NCBI RefSeq assembly: GCF_964194025.1
Contig: NC_134469.1
Coordinates: 8,308,001 to 8,372,000, forward strand
Length of the DNA: 64,000 nt
Source of the DNA: Convolutriloba macropyga
Lineage: Eukaryota
Direction of reading: 5' to 3'
The first letter of the stretch is position 1. Each line of letters begins with the position of its first letter. This document shows, piece by piece, positions 12,073 to 21,275 of the stretch. The translations under genes were made by a program, and so were the position numbers. The notes under the pieces are model-generated. The model was not told the origin of the DNA. It did no database searches and saw nothing but the letters and a program-made list of their open reading frames with translations.

Positions 12073-15000
12073 CTAAAGGATATAGATGGTTATGGGTAGA
12101 GGGTCGAAGACTTGACATATAAGTTCAAAAATGATGTTAAAATCCAATTTATCATAGCCACTGGCGAGTTTTGGAAGAATTAAGTGTGAAATTCCTGCAT
12201 CTATTACGATTTCTCTCAGTTCATAGAGACTTGCTAATACGGATTCGTATGTGGGATTGTGATAGTATCTAAATTTGGTAACTAAATTGAAGATATAGCG
12301 TTCAGAAATGGGGTCGAAGTAAATTAAAACTGAGCCAATATCAGGTGGATATCTAAGTCTAATTGCACTTGGGGCTGCTGGGTACCAGCTTTTGACTTGT
12401 CGGGCTAATCCCTTTGCCATTGCAAGGTCTGCAGATATACAGTGTGCGAAAGAGTTTGGAGAGTATAAGATATCTGTTGGTGAACTTAGATATGTTGCAT
12501 TTATTTCTTGACTAAAATGATTTAAGTTTTGATTTGAAGAGACTGGTGAAGAGTTTTTTGTTTGAGATCTGGTTACTGGTTTGTTTGCTGAACTGCTGGG
12601 CTTTTTCCTTGAATATTTTGCTATACTTGCTCTAACTTGATCTAGTTTTGTCTCTCTGCTTGGTGTATTTGACTGTTTTGCTGCCTGTGCTGATGCTTTT
12701 ATTGCTTCGCGTTTTTCTTCTTGTTCCAGTCTGGCACGTGCATTTTTTGGTCTAGGACTGCCTGATCGTCTAACTTGGTTGGTTAGGTAAGGGTTTGATC
12801 TATCTTCATCATGCAACCATATTTGTCTGCTCACTTTGAATCCTTGTATATTTTTCTTCTGTTGGTATTCTGGTGATTTAAAGGCACTTTTCTCTGGTTT
12901 TCGTTTAGGGCGATAAGGCCGGGCTCTTAATTTTCTATCAGTTAACGCAAATTGTTCTTTTTGTGTTTCCGGAGGCGACTCACTATGGAATGGTTCTATT
13001 GACGGTGGCTGTTGAGCTGGTAGAAACATTTCGTCATCTGATGAGGATGATACGAGAGGAACACGATTTTCTGGTTCTTGCTGTCCAATTTCATCAGCAA
13101 TTAGTGGATCAACCGGTATTCTTGCTATTTGATCAGTATCTAGGTTAAGGTCAGCTAGGTTTTTGTCTGAACTACTATTTTCTTCAAATAAATTAGGAAT
13201 TGCTTCATCTGAGCTTGAAGAATCAAATACTGGGAGATGTACTGGAGCTGTTCGTGGTCTAACTGCTGGTGTTACTACCCTTGGTGGGGCCGGTGGTACT
13301 GCTGGTCCTGCTAAAGGTCCACCTAGTGGGACGTTTATAGTCATTTTAACTGGGCCTGGTTTCACTGTTTTTGATTGATGGATTTCCTTTTCCTGTTCAT
13401 TTATTAGTTCCGGGATATGTTTATCAAACAAATCTGGTTCCATGTGTTGTCTTCTCGACGGATCTGGTTGACAATTTGTAGGGTTAATTACGTCAAAGTC
13501 TTCAGGGGTTTCACTTGGCTTAATTGGTTTCAATCTGATGCGGTGAACACACTGTGTATAATTCGTATTTACTTTTCGAATGATATAATTAGAGTCAGTA
13601 AGGGCTTTTTCTACTTTATATAGTGGTAGCCATTTCTGAACTTGGGAAGCTATTACTGTCGATTGCTCTAATAGTTTAGGATTCAATAGTAAACAGAATG
13701 ATTTTTCCGGAATTGGTTTTGCTGAAGCTTTTTGATCATAATACTTTTTGTACTTCAGGTAAGCAGTCGTCAGTTTTTCTTTGTTTTCCCCGAACTTTTG
13801 CATCATGGCATCTTGCAGTTCATTTACAAAATCCGAATTTACTGCTACTGCATCCATTACTTTTCTGGAGAACCTAATGTCGAGGGGCTTTATGGGTTCT
13901 CTGACATGGAATAAAGTTGAAGGACAACAATTTGTCGCTGAATGATATGAAGTATTATGAATAAAAGTTGCAAGAGGAACATATTTGTGCCAGTTTTTCC
14001 ATTGTTCCTCAGTATTGAGTTTTAATATTCGTTTCAGTGGTCCGTGAGATCGTTCTACTGCTCCAATAGTTTGAGGGTGCTTTAGTGAGGCGTGCTTCAA
14101 CTTTACTTCTAAAAAACTTGCTAATTCTGACATTAATTCTGAAGTAAAATTTGTTCCTAAGTCACTAAGTATCGTTTGAGGAATATAGCTGTGCTGGAAG
14201 AACACCTTTCCTAGTTCTCGGGCTACTGTGTCAGCGTATACATTCATTAATGGGACTGCGAATAGGTACTTTGTGAAAACATCTATTCCACTCAGAACAT
14301 ACTTATATTGTGATGACTTTAGGGGGCCTACTAAATCAATTTGTAGCATATCTCCTGGATATGATTGTAGAGAACTGACTGGTTGTAACTTTGGTGTGAT
14401 GTGGTTTTTTGTTACTCTGTTAAGTTGAAGACAAGTGAGGCAGTTTTTGATGAAACTAGTGAAATGTTCAGTGAAGCCTGGGTAATAGAATCGCTTTCTA
14501 AATTGAATTGTTGCTTTAATGCTTAAGTGACCTGCCGTTTGTGTATTATGGAGCCTATATATAGTCTCTTTCCACAAATGCTTAGGTACACAGAATTGTT
14601 TATGAAGTACTTTTCCAGTATCATCATAAAAATTCCGGTATAAGACATTCCCTTCAAGAATTAATCTGTTTAAGTGTTTGTGATACTTTTTTAAATTTGT
14701 TGAAGCATACTTTAAATCTGGTTGTTGATTATTTTGTTGTATCCAGCTTATTACTGTTCTAATGTCTTTTTGCTGCTCTTCTGCTAAGTTAAGCCTAATT
14801 AAGTTGTCTGTAAGGTCTGGGAATTCATCTAATGAATTTGGGTACTCAATTGAATTTATTTCTGTTTTTCTTTTTAGTTTAAATAGCCCTTGTATTTCTG
14901 ATATGGGTAAGTTATTCTGTTTCTTTTTGTAGTCTTTGTAGAGCGCAAGCTTCTTAATGACGTCAATTTCGTCACTATTAATTTCATCTACAAAATTTTC

Positions 15001-15123
15001 AGTATCAAATAACACATTTAGTTCAACGTCAGGATTCTGGGCTTCTGTATCTATTTCTATTTCTCTAACAGGAATTCTATCTGTTAACTTTGACGACATT
15101 GTTGTTGTTTTGTCATTCTCCAT
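12073..15123 (-). CDS. C-terminal part of Pol: integrase (HHCC, DDE core, GPY/F-like module), long disordered linker, C-terminal TARG1/OARD1-like macrodomain
   Basis: RLHNTQTAGH...CLTC zinc finger; QIDLVG, LSDLGTNF, AVERSH catalytic triad; KWLPLYKV...VHRIRLKP. C-terminus has AHCISAD..MAKGLA, RYIFNLVTK, PTYE, LPKLASGYDKL. The frame continues upstream into RNase H (ANYAADFLSR), so the ORF-track Met is not the real start. Confidence 0.92.
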   Translation of the reverse strand: MENDKTTTMSSKLTDRIPVREIEIDTEAQNPDVELNVLFDTENFVDEINSDEIDVIKKLALYKDYKKKQNNLPISEIQGLFKLKRKTEINSIEYPNSLDEFPDLTDNLIRLNLAEEQQKDIRTVISWIQQNNQQPDLKYASTNLKKYHKHLNRLILEGNVLYRNFYDDTGKVLHKQFCVPKHLWKETIYRLHNTQTAGHLSIKATIQFRKRFYYPGFTEHFTSFIKNCLTCLQLNRVTKNHITPKLQPVSSLQSYPGDMLQIDLVGPLKSSQYKYVLSGIDVFTKYLFAVPLMNVYADTVARELGKVFFQHSYIPQTILSDLGTNFTSELMSELASFLEVKLKHASLKHPQTIGAVERSHGPLKRILKLNTEEQWKNWHKYVPLATFIHNTSYHSATNCCPSTLFHVREPIKPLDIRFSRKVMDAVAVNSDFVNELQDAMMQKFGENKEKLTTAYLKYKKYYDQKASAKPIPEKSFCLLLNPKLLEQSTVIASQVQKWLPLYKVEKALTDSNYIIRKVNTNYTQCVHRIRLKPIKPSETPEDFDVINPTNCQPDPSRRQHMEPDLFDKHIPELINEQEKEIHQSKTVKPGPVKMTINVPLGGPLAGPAVPPAPPRVVTPAVRPRTAPVHLPVFDSSSSDEAIPNLFEENSSSDKNLADLNLDTDQIARIPVDPLIADEIGQQEPENRVPLVSSSSDDEMFLPAQQPPSIEPFHSESPPETQKEQFALTDRKLRARPYRPKRKPEKSAFKSPEYQQKKNIQGFKVSRQIWLHDEDRSNPYLTNQVRRSGSPRPKNARARLEQEEKREAIKASAQAAKQSNTPSRETKLDQVRASIAKYSRKKPSSSANKPVTRSQTKNSSPVSSNQNLNHFSQEINATYLSSPTDILYSPNSFAHCISADLAMAKGLARQVKSWYPAAPSAIRLRYPPDIGSVLIYFDPISERYIFNLVTKFRYYHNPTYESVLASLYELREIVIDAGISHLILPKLASGYDKLDFNIIFELICQVFDPLPITIYIL

Positions 15124-17949
15124 TCTAGAGAGGAAATCTGCGGCGTAATTAGCACGTCCAGGAATGTGAGCAATTACTATATTAAATGCGAGTATTCTGT
15201 CTAAACAATTCCAAAGAGATGGTGGTATTACTTTTGATTGAAAGAATTGAGTGAGGCTTTTGTTGTCAGTGAGTATAATTACTTGTTTACTTGATCCCCA
15301 AATGTAGCGCGAAAAATAGTCCAGCGCATAGTTAAAAGCTAGGAAACTCTTTGTAGTAAATTGAGAACTTTAATTGCGTAGCATTAAACAAATGCGATGC
15401 AAACGATACGGGAGCGTATGTTTTCTTTTCTTTCTTTCCAGTTTCATTTACGTAATCTTCCACCATTAGTAACTAGCGTCACAAAGAATTACATACTGTA
15501 GGCCTGGTTTTGGCAATCGCAATGTTACATTCGTTGCTTCCATTAGATCCTTCTTTATTACTTCTAATGCTTTTACGTGTTCTTCTGTGGTTTCTATTAC
15601 TGCATCCTTCTTCAGGAGCTTGTAAAATGACATTAGTTTCTCACCTAGATTAGGTATGTAATTACGGAAGAATTGAGTGAAGCCGATTAAACGCTTTACT
15701 TGTTTTGTCGTTTTTGGCATTTTGAATTTATCAAGAAATTTCATTATTTTTGCCTTTTCTGGTGATATTCCTTCTGCACTGATGTTATTTCCAAGGAATT
15801 TCATTGTATCTGTTGCTATTTCACACTTTTTGGGCGACAGTTTCAGACTGGATTGACGTATACAGATAAATATTTCTCGCAAAGAGGGTACCAATTGTTC
15901 AAAATTTGTTACTGCATTTCCGATATCATCCATAAACTGGGTACAATTTCCTGAAGCTAAGCATGGGTCCAAGTAATGTCTGATAAAGGAAATAAATCCT
16001 GTTACTGACTTATTCAATCCTTGTGCAAAACATTTATAAGCATAAGTTCTCGAAGCAAAGTTAAATGCTAGCAGTTGCACTGATACATTGTCTGCCATTT
16101 GCACACAGTGGTATGCTTGAGAACAGTCAAGTTTCGTAAATATTTTTTTCTCGGCAAAGTAGTTTATTGCATCTTTCATGTTCGATATTGGGAAATTTGT
16201 ATTCACATAATCGTTTTTCAGCAAATGATTTATTTTTCTCAAGTCAATTAATAGTCTAAGTCTTCCTGAATTTTTCCGTTGAGCGAAAAGCGGACTACTA
16301 TATCTTGATTGAGACCAAGTTGTTATCAGTCCATAGTAATGCATTAGTGCGAGTTCTACTTGTAGCTCATTTCTCAGATGGATAGGCGTTGGAGGGCCTT
16401 GTTCATAAATTGGTATGCTTCTTTCTGGAGTTAACTTTATTTTTAAATCTGTATTATATCCAACGTCAAATCTGTGTTTCGCAAAGATATCACTGAATTA
16501 AACTAGTAGTTCACCTACTACTGCTTTTTGCTCATCATTGAGGGCCACTTTTTCCCACGGGAATTTGCTCAAAAAGGTTATTTTGTCCTGATGGTTACCC
16601 TTTGGATCTAATTTCTCCATTTCTTGCAGTTTTAGCAGTTGCTCAAAGATTTCTCTCTGCAAGGGTGACAAATTTGTCTGATCTGGGCACGTTTCAGGCA
16701 TTGGGAACCACAATTTTTCCTATTCCGGGGCCGGTTTTGCTGGTTGGGCCTTTCTTTTTGGCGTATCTGTGACTTGAATTAATTGATTTATTTCTGTTAA
16801 ATATTTTTCACTCATTTTTGCTACATTTATTAATTGAGGATCTACTTCTAACAACTTTTCTGCTTGATCAGACGTTAAGAACGAGACTTGAATTAGTTGA
16901 TTTATTTCTGTTAAATAATTTTCACTCATTTTTGCTACATTTATTAATTGAGGATCTACTTCTAACAACTTTTCTGCTTGATCAGACGTTAAGAACGAGA
17001 ATTTGGCTATTTTTTCGCCTTTATTTATGGTAATTGGGTGATCAGTAATGTTCAGAACGTAGATGTAAAGAATATTATTTTCAGCAACTTTACTTAATGA
17101 AGACGTTAATATTACTTCGCTATCTTTTTCAAAGATTTCATTTGGAATTATTACCCCACAAAGGTCAGTGAATGATTCTAGTTTGTCATAAAGCTTGCAT
17201 TCTAATACTGCTTGTTGATTTGGCTGTAAGACTTGCTGTTTCTGTGTATAAGCTTCGAATTTTTTACGTTTTACAACTCTTCTGGGTTACTTTTCTGGCT
17301 TTATTTCATTTATTTGTAGAGGTTGATCAGGGAATTTAATGTAGCTTTGTCCGGGGCAGATGCTAACTTTGTGTTTAGCGAAGAATGGGTTGCCTAATAT
17401 TACAGGAGTTGTGACAATTAAAACAAGGAAATCTTCTGTAAATGTTTGTGTGCCCAATATAAATGTAACTTTAATTGCTTTATCAATTTTGACTATATTT
17501 CAGTTTGCCATTTTTACTTTATCTAGATCAGGCTTTTCTATTTCTGTTATTGAATTGATATTTGTATTAATAAGCTCCTTGTAAAACTCACGACTTATCA
17601 CGTTGGCAAATGCTCCTGTATCGATTAGTGCGCGTCTATCTCTTTCCCCATTAAATTTAACTTTAACATAGGATAATGTTCTGCCTAAAAGTGGGACAAT
17701 GCTGAATAATTGCTGAACATGTGGTGTTGGCTTTGGTGCAGATTGAGGTACTTGTGTTGGGAGTTGCATAGAATTATTCACTTTACTTTTATTATTATTA
17801 ATTTTGCGTTTTCTACGCTTTTTTGTTACTTTTATTATAAACTGGCTCTATTACTTTATCTAAACTAGGACTGGACGTGCTTTCGTTATAATGATTAACT
17901 GAGTTTTTAAAATTTTTATTTGGTTTTTTAAAGTTGGGTGGCTTTATTA
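15124..17949 (-). pseudogene. pol protease-reverse transcriptase-RNase H region, broken by frameshifts, stops and a small deletion
   Basis: Protease ALIDTGAFANVIS (~17630); RT RLLIDLRKIN, KLDCSQAYH, FAQGL, QFMDD, KFLG; RNase H ILCDASY, IILTDNKSL, HIPGRANYAADFLSR; split over several frames. Confidence 0.92.
16771..17000 (-). repeat. in-frame 114-bp tandem duplication in pol between PR and RT
   Basis: LEVDPQLINVAKMSE(N/K)YLTEINQLIQV occurs twice; gacttgaatt at 16771 and 16885. Confidence 0.9.
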
Positions 17950-19206
17950 GTTTTTTTGTTGATTAAACGGAAAATTCATACCTCTCATATTTCTACTTTG
18001 AGGAATTCTTGCACGATTAAACTGGTTTGCTTGTTGAATACCATATCGGTTTTGTGCTGGCGCTGGGCTATCATAAACTATTCCCTGTCGGAGAAGGTTT
18101 TGAGGGGTATTTTTTGTTGAAAATCGGTAAACAGGTCTATTCACATAAGCTGGGCGAACAAATGGGGGGCTATCTGAAGGTTCAGTCCAATAATTCCGAG
18201 TTTGTGGCGGTTCATTATGATAAAATGGTCTAGGAGCATTAAATTGTGGTCTAAACTCTCGGTAATTATTAGCACGAGGGGCATACTGTTGCTGGGGCCG
18301 ATAGTTTTGCTGAATTGGACAATAATTAGACTCATATTGGGGGTAATTTGGCCGATAATTTTGATATTGAGGGCGGAAATTTTGTCTATAACTTTTTCTG
18401 TAGAATTGTTGAGGGTAATGTGGTGTAAAAATGTTTACTGGGCCTTGTTCTGGTTGCTCATTTTTAGGTGCTGTTCTCTGTTCAAGTTTCTGCTCAAGTT
18501 CTTTTTGATTATTTGAAATAACAGTTATTGCTTTTAACATTTTATCAGTGTTTGTTTCAGTTATTTCATTAAATCCGTCATCAAAGCACTCTTCTCTGTT
18601 GCACATCTCCCTTATTGCAATCTGTTGGCTAGCCGGGGTGCATAATTGATCAATTGTATCTGTGTCTGGCCTTTCTACTAGCTTAGGCTTAAGCCAATTT
18701 GGCATAGACTTAATAAAGAAGCGCTTTATCTGTTCGTTTTTTCTGTTTTCTGACATCTGAAGGGCAGAATCTCTTGCTGCCGTCTCTCTTTCAAATCTAC
18801 GAGCTTCTGGGTCGCCTGCTCCTGCTGGCGCTACTACTATTTCAGGTGCTGGATATGCTTTTTTGGCTTCAGTTCTTAACTTTACTAAGACATTTTTTAC
18901 AGTGTCTGTTTTTGGATTAAACTTTTGATTCTCTAACTTTATAATTCTGATCTCTCTCAAGTCATCCTGCGTGAATCTATTTCTTAGAGCTGTTATACTG
19001 TCTTCGAAGACCAGTCTGGTAGCCTCTGGTAGGGTTAAGAAGTATCGTAAAGCGTTTCCTTTTAAATGTAATTGCAGAAAGTTCGCTTGTTGCGCGTTTG
19101 CGATTGCTGCAACTCCGATTGCACTTGTTATTAGTTGTTCAAACTTGTTAAAATTGTCCGTTTCTGATCCGGAAAAAGGCGTGATGTTAATCTGCGCGTG
19201 TGCCAT
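17947..19206 (-). CDS. Gag (capsid) protein, 419 aa, no CCHC knuckle, Q/Y/R/P-rich C-terminus
   Basis: FSGSETDNF...LQLHLKGNALRYF...FEDSITALRNRF retrotransposon-Gag pattern; position upstream of protease. Confidence 0.88.
   Translation of the reverse strand: MAHAQINITPFSGSETDNFNKFEQLITSAIGVAAIANAQQANFLQLHLKGNALRYFLTLPEATRLVFEDSITALRNRFTQDDLREIRIIKLENQKFNPKTDTVKNVLVKLRTEAKKAYPAPEIVVAPAGAGDPEARRFERETAARDSALQMSENRKNEQIKRFFIKSMPNWLKPKLVERPDTDTIDQLCTPASQQIAIREMCNREECFDDGFNEITETNTDKMLKAITVISNNQKELEQKLEQRTAPKNEQPEQGPVNIFTPHYPQQFYRKSYRQNFRPQYQNYRPNYPQYESNYCPIQQNYRPQQQYAPRANNYREFRPQFNAPRPFYHNEPPQTRNYWTEPSDSPPFVRPAYVNRPVYRFSTKNTPQNLLRQGIVYDSPAPAQNRYGIQQANQFNRARIPQSRNMRGMNFPFNQQKN
17950..17956 (-). promoter_or_regulatory. 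putative -1 ribosomal frameshift heptamer A AAA AAC
   Basis: gag ends CAA AAA AAC TAA. The -1 frame stays open ~47 codons (KKLIKPPNF...), then one indel in an A-run leads into the protease frame. Confidence 0.7.
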
Positions 19207-19717
19207 TTTGCTTTTTACCCAATTAGATTATATACTTTTCGTTCAATCAGTCTTACTTTCGTTCTGATGTATTAAATAGCACACTTAACTTAACTTAATG
19301 GAGAGATTAAGGGGTTTTAAGAGATGAAAACAGTTAAATGAATAGCACAAGAATATCATAAAAGAAACTACTGAAACCGTTCATTCAGAGAATAATAAAG
19401 TTGGGCTTCTTATAAACCTATTCCTAAAGCTCCGGTCGAATCGTCAGACTTATATCGTTGAAGCCGTATGGGCCGCCGAAGTCTCGCCTCTAAAGAGTGC
19501 CCCTTAGTCTAGGAAAATTCGTGGGGACCACGACCGCACAGGCCTTGTGGAAGCTGCACTCATATAGGCAACAGCATAATGACCAAAGTCACTGTTTGAT
19601 TCATTAACCTCCGGAGCTGGGCGGGGAAATTAAATATAATTGTTTTTTTATTTTTGTTTAAACTTTTGTTTTGCCCTCTTTTAATTAATGTTTAAGTGAT
19701 GGTTTCAGTAATTTTGC

Positions 19718-20050
19718 TTATTCTGATGTTATCTGATAATCAGTAATGATGTTGTCAAGGTTAATATCTCTATCAGATTGAAGTTTGTTACGAATAAGGC
19801 CAAATTTGCGAGCTTTTTGATTTAGACTTTTTGCTGTCCAATAAATTGCAACACGTTTATCATCTTTATCTAGCACATAAATAACGATGGATTTATTAGC
19901 TGAAGAGGAAAAAGCGCTTACTATCTGAGCCTGTGTTTTATTGCTGTTATGGGTGTAGTTGATGTTATTTCCTTCGATATGTTCAACAAAATTGGGGGAA
20001 GCGCCGCAATTATTAATAGCAGGGAGAATTTGTTCTTTATAAATTGACAT
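19718..20050 (-). CDS. small accessory ORF (110 aa) between PBS and gag, unknown function
   Basis: ATG-initiated intact ORF in element sense, globular-looking composition, A-rich codon usage like gag/pol. Confidence 0.6.
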   Translation of the reverse strand: MSIYKEQILPAINNCGASPNFVEHIEGNNINYTHNSNKTQAQIVSAFSSSANKSIVIYVLDKDDKRVAIYWTAKSLNQKARKFGLIRNKLQSDRDINLDNIITDYQITSE

Positions 20051-20423
20051 AAATAAAGCACCAGAATTAATTTTACAAATTCATTTACTCACAATATCCT
20101 CGTTTGCAAATACCCTGTAATGTTTGTGTCCGTTGTGGCGGCTGTGGTTGAGTTTGTTCCAGTTATTGTCCACTCAAACACTTTTGAATTGTTGTTACAC
20201 TTAGTCCACAAAGACACAAACACAGTTTCCACCCTTTCTTTCCTTTGTTACTGCTTTCTGCATTATCGGAAAGGAAGTGCGGGATGCTGGTCTGGATGAT
20301 TGGAGTCTCTTAAGGTAATGGAGAAGAAGAAGAGAAAGAAAAGGTCAAAAGAAGAAAAAAAATGTCGAATTTATCAAAGAATTATTCAGGATTTCGGTCC
20401 GTTAAACTGCGAAAAAGTTAAAA

Positions 20424-20436
20424 ACTCCTGTCACCA
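20424..20436 (-). promoter_or_regulatory. primer-binding site (tRNA-Leu-like)
   Basis: TGGTGACAGGAGT directly follows the CA end of the 5' LTR. It is one mismatch from the tRNA-Leu-type PBS TGGTGTCAGGAGT as recalled, so the tRNA identity is tentative. Confidence 0.75.
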
Positions 20437-21275
20437 TGTTACGCACTGATTTTTAAAGGTTGACTTTTTGATGTTATTGAGGTAAATATTCGAAGCACAT
20501 AATCAGAATAACTGACATTTTACAAGGACTTATTTGGTGTTTCACAGTGCGATTTTTAGCAGATATATTTTGAATAAAATTAGCTAATAATAGCCTTTTA
20601 TTGAGTGGTTCAGATGCGTAATATATCCACTAGTTTGCCTTGCATTTTAGAGTTTTGTTAATACCAGTTTCGGCTCTAATGAAGCTGACTCAAACTTAGA
20701 GTTTTTAGAGAAAATTCCAGTTCAATCTTTAATTATTTTTAGCAATAATTATTTAATAACTTTAGCAAGAAGTTTCCCAAGTTTTATCAAGTTTTATAAG
20801 ATGTTAGGCAACTGATTGTCAGGCTGGTTCTCCGGTGTTCTGGTGATAGTGGGTTCCGCAGGGTTGTGCCTCGAGTTGTATTGGTCCTTCGCAAATATTT
20901 ACTGATCTACAAGTTGGGCAATTTCCGGCTTTTGTACGTCTCTTGATGTTTGTTATGTACATATACAAGTTCCGTATTAGCACCTACTTTATCAGAATAA
21001 TTACTTCACCAAGTACATAATCTCTCACAAAGTTATTTACTGATTATGTGAATTTATCATCAAAAAACTCAAAAAAGTAAATATTGAGGCTTTTAGGCAC
21101 TTGATATGTTTGCATTTAAACTGTCACTCTGCGGTTGTTTTTCGTAAACATAAACAAATTAGAGGTTACAGGCCTAGATGGAAAATACTGGCTATATATG
21201 TCCTTGAAACTAACTGAATATTGATTAATATAAAGCACTTAATTATGGATAATTTAAGGAATATCATCACGTAAC
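20437..21275 (-). repeat. 5' LTR
   Basis: tgttacg...cgtaac short terminal inverted repeat; matches 5640-6464 plus 11 extra terminal nt. Confidence 0.92.

Larger units (their letters stand above)
5640..21275 (-). mobile_element. Ty3/Gypsy (Metaviridae) LTR retrotransposon, ~15.6 kb, pol partly disabled
   Basis: Two ~825-bp direct repeats, PBS, gag, then PR-RT-RH-IN order on the minus strand. TSD imperfect (ctatat|tgttac ... gtaac|tatga). Confidence 0.95.
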
